Source: Candidatus Woesearchaeota archaeon
Lineage (GTDB): Archaea; Nanobdellota; Nanobdellia; Pacearchaeales; GW2011-AR1
DNA: 53,072 nucleotides
Direction of reading: 5' to 3'
Assembly: GCA_964598185.1 (NCBI GenBank)
Contig: CAZRAT010000002.1
Location: 3,769 to 56,840, forward strand
Shown here: piece after piece, positions 35,437-43,902 of the stretch
Position numbering within the stretch: position 1 is the first letter of the stretch
Layout of the letters: every line of letters starts with the position of its first letter
Notes under the pieces: generated by a model
Seen by the model: the letters and a program-made list of their open reading frames with translations, nothing else
The model's database searches: none
What the model was told of the DNA's origin: nothing
Position numbers and translations under genes: made by a program

Positions 35437-35643
35437 TCAACCAACCTTCTCCTCAATAATCTGTGAAATTGGTTTCCCTGTTTTTTCTTTTATTGCTTTT
35501 AGTTTGTTTATAGTTGCTACTGATAAAGTTATGTCAATTCTTTTTCTTTGGAACGGAAGCTCGTGAGTTTTGTCGTAGTTTTCGAGGATTTCAAAAGCTT
35601 CTTTGTTCTCTTTCAAAATTTGTTTGATTTCATTTGATTGCAT
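35437..35643 (-). CDS. putative antitoxin (ribbon-helix-helix-like) of a Doc-type TA pair
   Basis: 68 aa. C-terminal RIDITLSVATINKLKAIKEKTGKPISQIIEE. Overlaps the toxin gene by 14 nt. Confidence 0.55.
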   Translation of the reverse strand: MQSNEIKQILKENKEAFEILENYDKTHELPFQRKRIDITLSVATINKLKAIKEKTGKPISQIIEEKVG

Positions 35644-35971
35644 TTTTCATTCTCCACTCAATGTTTCTTATTTCCTGAATATTGTTTTTTGCTATTGAAG
35701 TTATATGATGTATTAGTAAATCCCTTTCTACTTGCTTTTTGTTTTCTTTTGCAAAAGCAAAAGTTAAGAACATTGCAGTTCTTTTATTTCCGTCTGAAAA
35801 TGGGTGGTCAACTAAAATTGCCCTTAAGAGATATGCCAATTTTTTGTAATCTCCAAGTTTCTTGTCTTCTAATTTATCAAACGCAAAGTCAAGACTTGAA
35901 TCGCTTCTGAGGTTTCCCCCAAATCCATGATTGATTCTCAATAAGTCTTTCTTACTAATATTCATACACAT
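35630..35971 (-). CDS. doc: Fic/Doc family toxin
   Basis: HPFSDGNKRTAM fits the Doc-type Fic motif (H.F.D.NKR). Confidence 0.75.
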   Translation of the reverse strand: MCMNISKKDLLRINHGFGGNLRSDSSLDFAFDKLEDKKLGDYKKLAYLLRAILVDHPFSDGNKRTAMFLTFAFAKENKKQVERDLLIHHITSIAKNNIQEIRNIEWRMKNAIK

Positions 35972-36105
35972 AGATAATGGTAAGATGTATTTAAATGTTC
36001 CTATCTTTTTTCAAATTAGAAACATTTAAAAGGAATTCTTATTTTTTATTTTAGACTTAGGATAGAAAACTATTTCTAAGATATAGATGCAAGGAGGAAA
36101 ATAAT

Positions 36106-36411
36106 ATGAAAGTATATGTAGGCAATTTGCCTTGGAGTGTTGATCACGCGAAGTTGACAGAAATGTTCTCATCTTATGGTGAGATTGAAGAAGCAATCGT
36201 TATTTCAGATAAGCATTCAGGCAGGTCAAAAGGATTCGGTTTTGTAACTTTTAAAGAAGACGAGAGTGCAAAGAAAGCAATTTCTGAAATGAATGAAAAA
36301 GAAATTGAAGGAAGAAATCTTAAGGTTAATGAAGCACAACCATTTGACCCAGATAAAAAACCACAAAGACCAAGAAGTAACAATAACTTTAGTCGTGAAA
36401 GAAGATTCTAA
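36106..36411 (+). CDS. RRM-domain RNA-binding protein
   Basis: RNP-2 VYVGNL and RNP-1 KGFGFVTF. A clear AGGAGG Shine-Dalgarno sits 8 nt upstream, unlike its leaderless neighbours. Confidence 0.85.
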   Translation: MKVYVGNLPWSVDHAKLTEMFSSYGEIEEAIVISDKHSGRSKGFGFVTFKEDESAKKAISEMNEKEIEGRNLKVNEAQPFDPDKKPQRPRSNNNFSRERRF

Positions 36412-36549
36412 ATTAACCTTCTTCGTTTTCTAAGGAAAACGTCGTAAGGAGATTCTAAATTAACCTTCTTCGTTTTCTAAGGAAAACGTCGTAAGGAGAT
36501 TCTAAATTAACCTTCTTCGTTTTCTAAGGAAAACGTCGTAAGGAGATTT
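36404..36549 (+). repeat. 3 x 47-bp perfect tandem repeat (plus a 5-nt partial), each unit carrying a hairpin
   Basis: Unit GATTCTAAATTAACCTTCTTCGTTTTCTAAGGAAAACGTCGTAAGGA. The first unit includes the RRM gene stop codon. Hairpin CGTTTTC-TAAG-GAAAACG with an outer CCTT/AAGG. Confidence 0.9.
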
Positions 36550-36591
36550 TAGTTAGAGAGATTTAATCTCAATTTTTATTTTTTTTAATTT

Positions 36592-36729
36592 TTATTTTTT
36601 CATCAACTCTTTCTGATTCAAATACAAAAGAATTACTGCTCCGATTATAAATATCCAATCAACTAAAAAAGTTAGAGCAAGGAATCCAAGTGCGATTAAA
36701 GAAAACAAAACGACTTTTGGGTTTTTCAT
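36592..36729 (-). CDS. small membrane protein (45 aa)
   Basis: ATGA start/stop overlap with the upstream gene. Hand translation: MKNPKVVLFSLIALGFLALTFLVDWIFIIGAVILLYLNQKELMKK. Confidence 0.35.
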   Translation of the reverse strand: MKNPKVVLFSLIALGFLALTFLVDWIFIIGAVILLYLNQKELMKK

Positions 36730-37427
36730 TTTTCTAAATTAACTGCTTTGATAACCTTTGTATTATCTTTAACGAAAAATTTCAAGCCCGAAGCTGATTT
36801 AGGAATTTCAAAAACATAATAAAATTTTTTCTCTAGATTTGGCTGAAAACCTTCAACCCTGGTGTTTGTTGCAATAGGAACATATATGTTATCTTGGGCA
36901 TCTTTTAATTCTGAAATAAATTTTACACCAAAAAGGTTTGTGTTATGAACAGTTATTTTTCCCAAGTTTGTTATTTCTCCATTTACAAAAAGATAAAATC
37001 CAGAAGTTGTCAAATTTTGTCCGTTGTCAACCATTATTTGAGTCTCTTTAGTAATATTATTTATCTTCATTGAAAAAATTTCTTTTTCATAATCCAAATT
37101 AAATAAATCTCCTAAATTATAATATTCATATTGTTGTTCAGGTGTTGGAGCATTAAGTCCGCTGATTATTAGAAGGACAAAATAAACTACGATAAATATA
37201 ATTACTTTTAATGTTCTGCTAATTCTAAGATATTTTTTTGGGACCGTTGCAAAAATTCCTGGAATAAAGAAAAGAAGCCCGATAAATATTTGTCCTGCTT
37301 TAATTGTTACAACTGCTGAAAAAAAAGACATTAATACTGCTAAACCTGCAGATATCCAACAAGTTACATCCCAAACCCCAATTTCTTTTATGGATTTTTT
37401 ATCCTCTTTTTTCATTTTAATTTTCAT
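36726..37427 (-). CDS. membrane protein with a DUF4352-like extracellular domain (start probably ATG 37427 or 37415)
   Basis: Three TM helices followed by a beta-rich domain (FYLFVNGEITNLGKITV...KFYYVFEIP). Confidence 0.5.
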   Translation of the reverse strand: MKIKMKKEDKKSIKEIGVWDVTCWISAGLAVLMSFFSAVVTIKAGQIFIGLLFFIPGIFATVPKKYLRISRTLKVIIFIVVYFVLLIISGLNAPTPEQQYEYYNLGDLFNLDYEKEIFSMKINNITKETQIMVDNGQNLTTSGFYLFVNGEITNLGKITVHNTNLFGVKFISELKDAQDNIYVPIATNTRVEGFQPNLEKKFYYVFEIPKSASGLKFFVKDNTKVIKAVNLEK

Positions 37428-37619
37428 CACCAGGTCCTGGTTCTCCAGTTCCCTCAATAACTCCTACAATTCCGTCTGGTCCTGGATCTACTCCTGCAAC
37501 ATCATTGCTACCTGAATCATCATCTGTTGCTACATCATTATTAATTCCAACATCTTGCCCATCTCCATCTACAACAGTTGCAATATCATTATCAACAATA
37601 TTCCCTACATCATCATTTG

Positions 37620-39041
37620 TTATAGTTCCTTTTGTTTATCTCCATCTACAACAACTCCTCCATCACCATTTGTTACAACCCCTGGTTCATCTCCATCTAT
37701 AACAACTCCCCCATCACCATCAACAACTCCAGGTTCTCCAGGACCTGTTCCCGGAGCATAAGTTCTCGCTACAATTTGAATTTGAATTTGATTCATATCT
37801 TGTTTTATTTCTCTTACTTTATCACTTACTGTCCATTCTCCTTCATCCACAGTCCAAATTTCTTCGCCTATTGGCCCTTCGGTTCCATTAGCAGAAGTCC
37901 CGGGAGCGTATCTACGCTGTGCTGATTTATTTTCAAAATCATCAATGATACCATCAATTTCTTTTTCAATTAGATAATTAACTAATCCTTCTTCATTTCT
38001 AACAACCTTAATTTTACCACATTTTTCTTCTAAGAAATTATTATTCTCATCAAAACATTCTGGAACTGATTCTTGCATTGTTGGTTCTTTCTTTTTGGGT
38101 CTTTTTCCTATAAAGTTTCCATATTCATCCCAATCATCCTTTGTTTCTTTTAGATGATCATATTGTCTGCATTCTGGTTTCTCATTCCAATCCCAACATT
38201 CTTCAGGAACTCCGTCTGAAGGTTGTGAATCATATCCTATCATACTCCCCTCTTTTTCTCTAAATAAATTCATTAAATAATCAGGGACAAAACTTTCTGC
38301 AAAACTATCTCCTTTTTTAGGTTCCATAGCTTTTAATTCATTACAAGAAGTTTCGTCTTCTTTATACTCACACTTAAGTGCTAAAGCAACCATTTTTTCG
38401 CATTTTGCTTTTTGCTCCACATCAACATTAGCCTCGCAATTACAAGTCCCGGGGTCGTCCATACAACTTCTAATCTCTAACATTAATTGAACAAACATTC
38501 TTAATTGAAGGTCTTTTAATTTTTCTAATTCTTTTTCAAGCCCAGGAGGAGCAGTATCTGGATTGCATTCTTTTTCTTTTAGCATTAAAGCAAAATCCTC
38601 TTTTGCAAGTTCTGTGCAATACTCAAAAGTTTTTTCAGTGAGTTCTGCAGTAAGTTGTGTTTTTTCTTCTTCTAAAATGTAATCGTCAAATTCATCTGGT
38701 AAATCATCTTCTTCATTTATTTTGTCTATGATTTCATCAACGCTTGTTTGAATTTCTTCTGAAGTTTCTAATGAAACTTTTTCTTGCACAATCTGAAGTT
38801 TTTGTTTTGCTTTTTCTAAATTTTTAATTGCCTTGTCTTCTCCTTGGTTTTGAATATTGTTAATCGCAGACTCTACTTCTTTTTCTCTAATTGCTAAAGC
38901 AGTCATTACTTTGTTATCTCCAGAAGAAAAAAATAATTTTACGTCGTCGGTAAATCGATTTAATCCAGAATATGTTTGGGCTTGAATTAATGGAGAAATT
39001 AACAAGATTGCTACAAGTAATACTATCACACTCTTTTTCAT
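37620..39041 (-). CDS. secreted acidic Cys-rich protein with C-terminal G/D/V repeats; probably continues to 37417 after a frameshift
   Basis: Signal peptide MKKSVIVLLVAILLISPLIQA. Repeats GEPGVVDGDGGVVIDGDEPGVVTNGDGGVVVDGD. The same repeat type continues in another frame. Confidence 0.6.
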   Translation of the reverse strand: MKKSVIVLLVAILLISPLIQAQTYSGLNRFTDDVKLFFSSGDNKVMTALAIREKEVESAINNIQNQGEDKAIKNLEKAKQKLQIVQEKVSLETSEEIQTSVDEIIDKINEEDDLPDEFDDYILEEEKTQLTAELTEKTFEYCTELAKEDFALMLKEKECNPDTAPPGLEKELEKLKDLQLRMFVQLMLEIRSCMDDPGTCNCEANVDVEQKAKCEKMVALALKCEYKEDETSCNELKAMEPKKGDSFAESFVPDYLMNLFREKEGSMIGYDSQPSDGVPEECWDWNEKPECRQYDHLKETKDDWDEYGNFIGKRPKKKEPTMQESVPECFDENNNFLEEKCGKIKVVRNEEGLVNYLIEKEIDGIIDDFENKSAQRRYAPGTSANGTEGPIGEEIWTVDEGEWTVSDKVREIKQDMNQIQIQIVARTYAPGTGPGEPGVVDGDGGVVIDGDEPGVVTNGDGGVVVDGDKQKEL

Positions 39042-39079
39042 AAATGATTAGAGATATAAGAGAATTTAAATGTTTTGGA

Positions 39080-39649
39080 TTACAAAATACTTGCCTTAAT
39101 TATTTTGACTTCTTCTAAAGGTCTATCATTCGCGTCTGTTTGAACTTTTGCAATTTTGTCGACTATATCCATTCCTTCAATTACTTTTCCAAAAGCAGGA
39201 TGTTTTGTGTCAAGAAAATTATTATCATTTAGATTTATGAAGAACTGGCTTGAACCAGTGTTTGGGCCTGCGTTTGCCATGGAAATTGTTCCTCTACTAT
39301 TTCTATTTCCACCAGCATGAGTAAATTCGTCTTGAATATTATTTGAACCACCTGTTCCCCAAAGTTCTTTTTTAGTTGAATCTTTTGTTAGAGGGTCTCC
39401 TGCCTGAATCATAAAACCATTCATTATTCTATGAAATAAAATTTCGTTGTAAAAACCTTCTTCAACTAATTTTTTAAAATTTCCAGACGTAATTGGCATA
39501 TCACTATAAAGATTAATTACAATGTCTCCTTGATTTGTTTCAAGTTTTACTTTTACTGGATTATTTATTATATTTCCTGTCATTTTATAAGTTCCTACTG
39601 CTAAAACTAAAATCACTGCTATTATAAAGATTACTAATTTCTTATTCAT
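39080..39649 (-). CDS. cyclophilin-type peptidyl-prolyl isomerase, membrane-anchored/secreted
   Basis: FHRIMNGFMIQAGDP, GTISMANAGPNTGSSQFFI, N-terminal TM helix. Confidence 0.9.
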   Translation of the reverse strand: MNKKLVIFIIAVILVLAVGTYKMTGNIINNPVKVKLETNQGDIVINLYSDMPITSGNFKKLVEEGFYNEILFHRIMNGFMIQAGDPLTKDSTKKELWGTGGSNNIQDEFTHAGGNRNSRGTISMANAGPNTGSSQFFINLNDNNFLDTKHPAFGKVIEGMDIVDKIAKVQTDANDRPLEEVKIIKASIL

Positions 39650-39673
39650 AAGATAAAAAATGAATTTTAGTTT

Positions 39674-42334
39674 TTAATTATTTCTATACCTTACAAACTT
39701 ATAAATTTCTCCAGCAATAAAAACTGACGACGCTATTAAACTTATTATTAGAAATTCTTTCATACTCAATGGAACAAATTGAAAAATATTTTGAAGATAA
39801 GGCAAATAAATTACAGCCAGCATTGCTAATAAAGTTACTATTAAACCCCAAGTTACCCATTTGTTTGAAAAGATTCCTATTTTAAATAAAGATTTTTTCA
39901 AAGAACGCATATTAAATACGTTGAACAATTGAAACATAGACATTGAAACAAACGCGACGGTTCTGGCTTTTTCTAAATCTGGTAGGAAATATTTGAAGAG
40001 AGGTATTGTTCCTAAAACCATTAACCCTGACATTAAAATTAGAAACGGCATTAATTCTTTGTTTAAAATTTTTTCATCTTTGTCCCTCGGTGATTGATTT
40101 AAAACATCGTGGTGTCCTGGTTCCATTGCAAGAGCAACGTCAACTACTCCTCCTGTAACTAAATTCAAATAAAGCAACTGTATTGGGAGCATTGGCAAAG
40201 GAAAGCCCATCGCCATGGAAGAAATAATTGTAACGTCCTCGGCAACATTTGTTGTCACAAGAAAAAAACTTGTTTGTCGAACATTCTGAAAAACAATTCG
40301 CCCTTCTTCAATTGCATTTACTATTGACGTGAAATTATCGTCTGTCAAAATAATTTCGCTTGATTCTCTTGCAACATCTGTTCCAATAATTCCCATAGCA
40401 ATTCCGATGTCTGCTCTTTTTAATGCAATAGCATCATTAACCCCGTCGCCAGTCATAGCAACAATTTCCCCTTGCTCTTGTAAAGATTGGACAATTCTTG
40501 ATTTCATCTTAGGGGTTACCCTTGCAAAAATATCTGTGTTTTTTACAGCATCATTAAATTCTTGTTTGGATAAATTTTCCAAATCATTTTCAGTTAGGGC
40601 CTTTATATTTCCCTTTGCCAAACCAATTTCTTTTGCTATTGCAATAGCTGTTTCTTTATGGTCGCCGGTTTTCATAATAATTCTTATGCCGGCATTTCTT
40701 GCTTTTTCAATAGATTGTTTTATCTGTGGACGAGGAGGATCTTTCATTCCAACAAACCCTACAAAAATTAAATTATGAACTAAATCTTTAGAAACAGAAT
40801 TTGTTAAATTGGGCAAATCTCTGTAAGCTAAGGCTAAAACCCTCATTCCTTTTTTTGCTAATGTTTCTGCATCTGTTAAAAATTTCTCTTTTGTTTTATT
40901 ATCTAATTTTATTTTTTTATTTGATTCAATAACGTATGAAGAATTTTTTAATATCGTCTCAAAAGCCCCAACAGAATAAAGTTGTTTTTTATTTTGAGAT
41001 ACTTTAACTAAGCTTGCCCTGAATTTTAAATCTGAACTGAACGCAAAGTCATCGATTATTTCTTCTGGCAATTTTTGTTTGTCCATGCCTGCTTTTTTTG
41101 CTAGAACCAGCAATGCGACTTCTGTTGGGTCTCCAACAATTTCATAACCTCCATCTTTTCTTAAGAGATTTCCTTTGTTACAAAGCGCAGAGATAGATAA
41201 TAATTTTTGTATAGAAGGTATTTTCAATGGGTTGATTGCAGTTTTATTTTGGAAAAATCTTCCTATTGGTTCCCAGCCATTTCCAGTTATACTTAATTCA
41301 GCGTCGGGAGTTATTATTTTTTCTACGGTCATTGAGTTTTGAGTTAGTGTTCCTGTTTTATCTGTTGCGATTATTGTTGCAACACCGAGAGTTTCTACAG
41401 CTGGGAGATGCCTTATAACCGCATTCCTCTTCGCCATCCGTCTTGCTCCTATTGCTAAAACAATAATTAAAACCGCGGGCAAACCCTCTGGGATTCCTGA
41501 AACAAGTGAAGCAATCGTGAATAAAAATATCTCAAAGAACTCTAATTTGTTAAAAAAATATCCGATAATAAATGTTAATGCCGCCCCAACTCCTGCAAAG
41601 ATTGCCATTTGCATAGCGAGTTGATTTACTTTTTTGTTGAAGTGCATTTTCGGCTGGACTATTTCTTGGATGGATTCTGCCACATTACCGATTGCTGTTT
41701 TGTTTGCTATTCCGACGACGACGGCTTTTGCTTGTCCAGAAACAACAAGTGTGCTCATAAACACCATATTTGTTCTATCTGATAAAACAACAGACTTCTC
41801 AAGAATTTTCAAATTTTTTTCTTCAGGAAATGATTCGCCTGTTAATGAAGACTCTTGTGTTCTAAAATTCTTCATTTCAAACAGGCGGGCATCGGCTGGT
41901 ACCTTGTCTCCTTCTTCTAATAAAATAATATCACCAAGAACAATTTCCTTAGAAGGAATTTTTAAAAGTTTATCGTCCCTGTAAACTTTTGCATAAGATA
42001 CAACGAGTTTTTTTAACGCGTCAATTGCTCTTTCTGCTTTTCTTTCTTGAACAAAACCAATAATCGCATTAATTAAAACAACCGCGAGAATAACATATGC
42101 GTCAATAACATGGTCAAAAATAAAAGAGATAATCATAGCGACGAACAAAATGTAAATTAAAGGGCTATTAAATTGTCTAAGGAAAACAAAAATTTTGGGG
42201 GTTTTCTTTTTTTTGGAAATTTCATTTAATCCTGTTTTTGCTAACCTAGTTTTTGCTTGTTCTTGAGTTAATCCTTTTTCAGAAGTTTTCAATTCTTTAA
42301 AAATTTCTTTAACCTCTTTTGTATGGGAATCCAT
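39674..42334 (-). CDS. P-type cation-transporting ATPase (type II, Ca2+/cation-like)
   Basis: TGES, DKTGTLT, KTGD, TGDGVNDA, 886 aa. Confidence 0.9.
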   Translation of the reverse strand: MDSHTKEVKEIFKELKTSEKGLTQEQAKTRLAKTGLNEISKKKKTPKIFVFLRQFNSPLIYILFVAMIISFIFDHVIDAYVILAVVLINAIIGFVQERKAERAIDALKKLVVSYAKVYRDDKLLKIPSKEIVLGDIILLEEGDKVPADARLFEMKNFRTQESSLTGESFPEEKNLKILEKSVVLSDRTNMVFMSTLVVSGQAKAVVVGIANKTAIGNVAESIQEIVQPKMHFNKKVNQLAMQMAIFAGVGAALTFIIGYFFNKLEFFEIFLFTIASLVSGIPEGLPAVLIIVLAIGARRMAKRNAVIRHLPAVETLGVATIIATDKTGTLTQNSMTVEKIITPDAELSITGNGWEPIGRFFQNKTAINPLKIPSIQKLLSISALCNKGNLLRKDGGYEIVGDPTEVALLVLAKKAGMDKQKLPEEIIDDFAFSSDLKFRASLVKVSQNKKQLYSVGAFETILKNSSYVIESNKKIKLDNKTKEKFLTDAETLAKKGMRVLALAYRDLPNLTNSVSKDLVHNLIFVGFVGMKDPPRPQIKQSIEKARNAGIRIIMKTGDHKETAIAIAKEIGLAKGNIKALTENDLENLSKQEFNDAVKNTDIFARVTPKMKSRIVQSLQEQGEIVAMTGDGVNDAIALKRADIGIAMGIIGTDVARESSEIILTDDNFTSIVNAIEEGRIVFQNVRQTSFFLVTTNVAEDVTIISSMAMGFPLPMLPIQLLYLNLVTGGVVDVALAMEPGHHDVLNQSPRDKDEKILNKELMPFLILMSGLMVLGTIPLFKYFLPDLEKARTVAFVSMSMFQLFNVFNMRSLKKSLFKIGIFSNKWVTWGLIVTLLAMLAVIYLPYLQNIFQFVPLSMKEFLIISLIASSVFIAGEIYKFVRYRNN

Positions 42335-42383
42335 AAATATTTCTAAACAATAAACCTTAAAAACTCTTTCTTCGAAGTATTTT

Positions 42384-42775
42384 TGTAAGTCAGGTAGTTA
42401 ACTTCGGGACTTTGATATTAGATTATCAAGAAGTCAAGATATGATTTCTAAGCCCTGCGGAAGGTCCGGACACTATAAAGACTGTCAGGGAAATCCTGGT
42501 TGCTGTGAAGCAAAGCTCTGTTACAGAAACGCCACAGCCTTATCATGGCAAGAGGGAAACCTCAAGCCGTCGTCCGAAATTTCAGTTTCGAACGAGAGTA
42601 ATGAACCTTGCGGGGAACGTCGACGATAAGGATTTGATGAAACGGGCATCTCGGTCAGTGCAAGTCTAAGACGCATAGTTGAATGTTAACACGTTTGGTC
42701 TGGCCCCTTTTTGGGGCATGACATCCTAAAGGAGGCCTCAGCGAACGACAGAATCTGGCCTATTCCTGACTTACA
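42384..42775 (+). ncRNA. rnpB: RNase P RNA
   Basis: P1 TGTAAGTCAGG / CCTGACTTACA. GCGGAAGGTCCGGACAC (CR-I-like), GTTACAGAAACGCCACAGCC, AGAGGGAAACC, GACAGAATCTGGCCTAT (CR-V-like). GC-rich island. Confidence 0.8.
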
Positions 42776-42870
42776 ACTTTTATTTTTAATCCATACCACG
42801 AAATCGTATGTAAACCACATTACAAATATTTAAAAAAGATTTCTTGTTCAATTGTTTTATAGGATGTGAA

Positions 42871-42942
42871 GGGGTCCTAGCTCAGCGGGAGAGCACATGA
42901 CTGAAGATCATGGTGTCCCGGGTTCGACTCCCGGGGACCCCA
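42871..42942 (+). tRNA. tRNA-Phe(GAA)
   Basis: GGGGTCC/GGACCCC acceptor, GCTC-AGCGGGA-GAGC D arm, CATGA-CTGAAGA-TCATG anticodon arm, CCGGG-TTCGACT-CCCGG T arm. No encoded CCA. Confidence 0.92.
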
Positions 42943-43018
42943 TTTAATAAATTGTAAATCCATTCGGACGTTGTTCTCACTTCAAAACATTTATAAAACA
43001 AAAACTATTAATTAATTT

Positions 43019-43306
43019 ATGGCAAAAAAGAGTGGTGAAAAATCTAATAAGGAATCTTTTGGTATTATAGGGCTTACACTTGGAATATCAAGCATTATTT
43101 TTATGGGAAACAATGGAATTCTTCTTGGAATTGTTGGACTTATATTTTCAATGATTCAGCAAAAAAAGAATCCGAATAAAATTGGAAAAGCTGGAATTAT
43201 TGTGAATGTCGTCGGAATAATTTTAGCAATTGTATTTCTTGTAGTATTTATTAAATATCTTATTCCAATAGTGCAAGATCAAATTCAAAATTTCCCAGCA
43301 ATTTAA
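43019..43306 (+). CDS. small membrane protein (DUF4190-like)
   Basis: Two Gly/Ile-rich hydrophobic hairpins. Promoter-like ATTTATAAAA ~25 nt upstream. Confidence 0.5.
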   Translation: MAKKSGEKSNKESFGIIGLTLGISSIIFMGNNGILLGIVGLIFSMIQQKKNPNKIGKAGIIVNVVGIILAIVFLVVFIKYLIPIVQDQIQNFPAI

Positions 43307-43307
43307 A

Positions 43308-43868
43308 ATGATTAATGAAAAAAAAGGGGCGATGGAAATGAGCATTGGAACTATTGTTACTATAGCTATTCTTATGGTTGTATTAATTATGGGTATGTAT
43401 TTGGTTAGAACTATTATGTGTTCTGGAATAACTCTAACTGAAGAGATGAGTGAAAATGTTAAAAATGAAGTAAAGGGTTTATTTGGCGTAAATGATTATG
43501 GAGTAAAATGCATTGGAGAAGGAGGTCATGAAGTGACTTTGGGGGATGGAGGAAGAAGACAAGTTATATGCATAATAAATACAGATACTCAAACAGATTA
43601 TAAATTGAGAATAAAAAATATAGAAAGTTTAAAAGGAACTCCAACAAATATTGTTGAGGATTGGATTTTAGATGAAGATTGGGAAGGGACTGTTTCTCCA
43701 GGACAAACAACAGTAACTATTTTACTTTTAAACATTCCAAGAGAAACTTCTGACACAAGTTTAAAGATAGAAATGGAAGAAAATAATGAGGTAACTGGGA
43801 TTACAAAAACACATATTTCTTATATTGATATAAAACACATCGGGACATTGAATTCTGCGATTTGTTGA
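43308..43868 (+). CDS. putative archaeal type IV pilin-like protein
   Basis: KKGAMEMSIGTIVTIAILMVVLIMG class III signal-like N-terminus. Confidence 0.45.
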   Translation: MINEKKGAMEMSIGTIVTIAILMVVLIMGMYLVRTIMCSGITLTEEMSENVKNEVKGLFGVNDYGVKCIGEGGHEVTLGDGGRRQVICIINTDTQTDYKLRIKNIESLKGTPTNIVEDWILDEDWEGTVSPGQTTVTILLLNIPRETSDTSLKIEMEENNEVTGITKTHISYIDIKHIGTLNSAIC

Positions 43869-43902
43869 TTAGATTTTTAAATTAAGTTTTCCTATATTTA
43901 TC

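Noticed and set aside
36404-36549. Possible CRISPR array.
   Set aside because: The repeats are directly abutting 47-mers with no spacers, there are only three units, and no cas genes are present.
37505-37925. Plus-strand P/S/T-rich ORFs 37505..37702, 37555..37761 and 37632..37925.
   Set aside because: They are antisense shadows of the G/D/V-repeat region of the secreted protein gene.
40329-41984. Plus-strand ORFs antisense to the P-type ATPase (40329..40778, 41236..41418, 41634..41984). Similar antisense ORFs occur in the aCPSF1, RNase J, Rrp4/41/42, enolase, S2 and Cbf5 genes.
   Set aside because: The opposite strand carries long ORFs with unambiguous family motifs. These are typical shadow ORFs.
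42441-42629. Track ORF of 62 aa (MISKPCGRSGHYKDCQGNPGCCEAK...).
   Set aside because: It falls inside the RNase P RNA (42384..42775). The Cys/Gly-rich translation is an artefact of GC-rich structured RNA.
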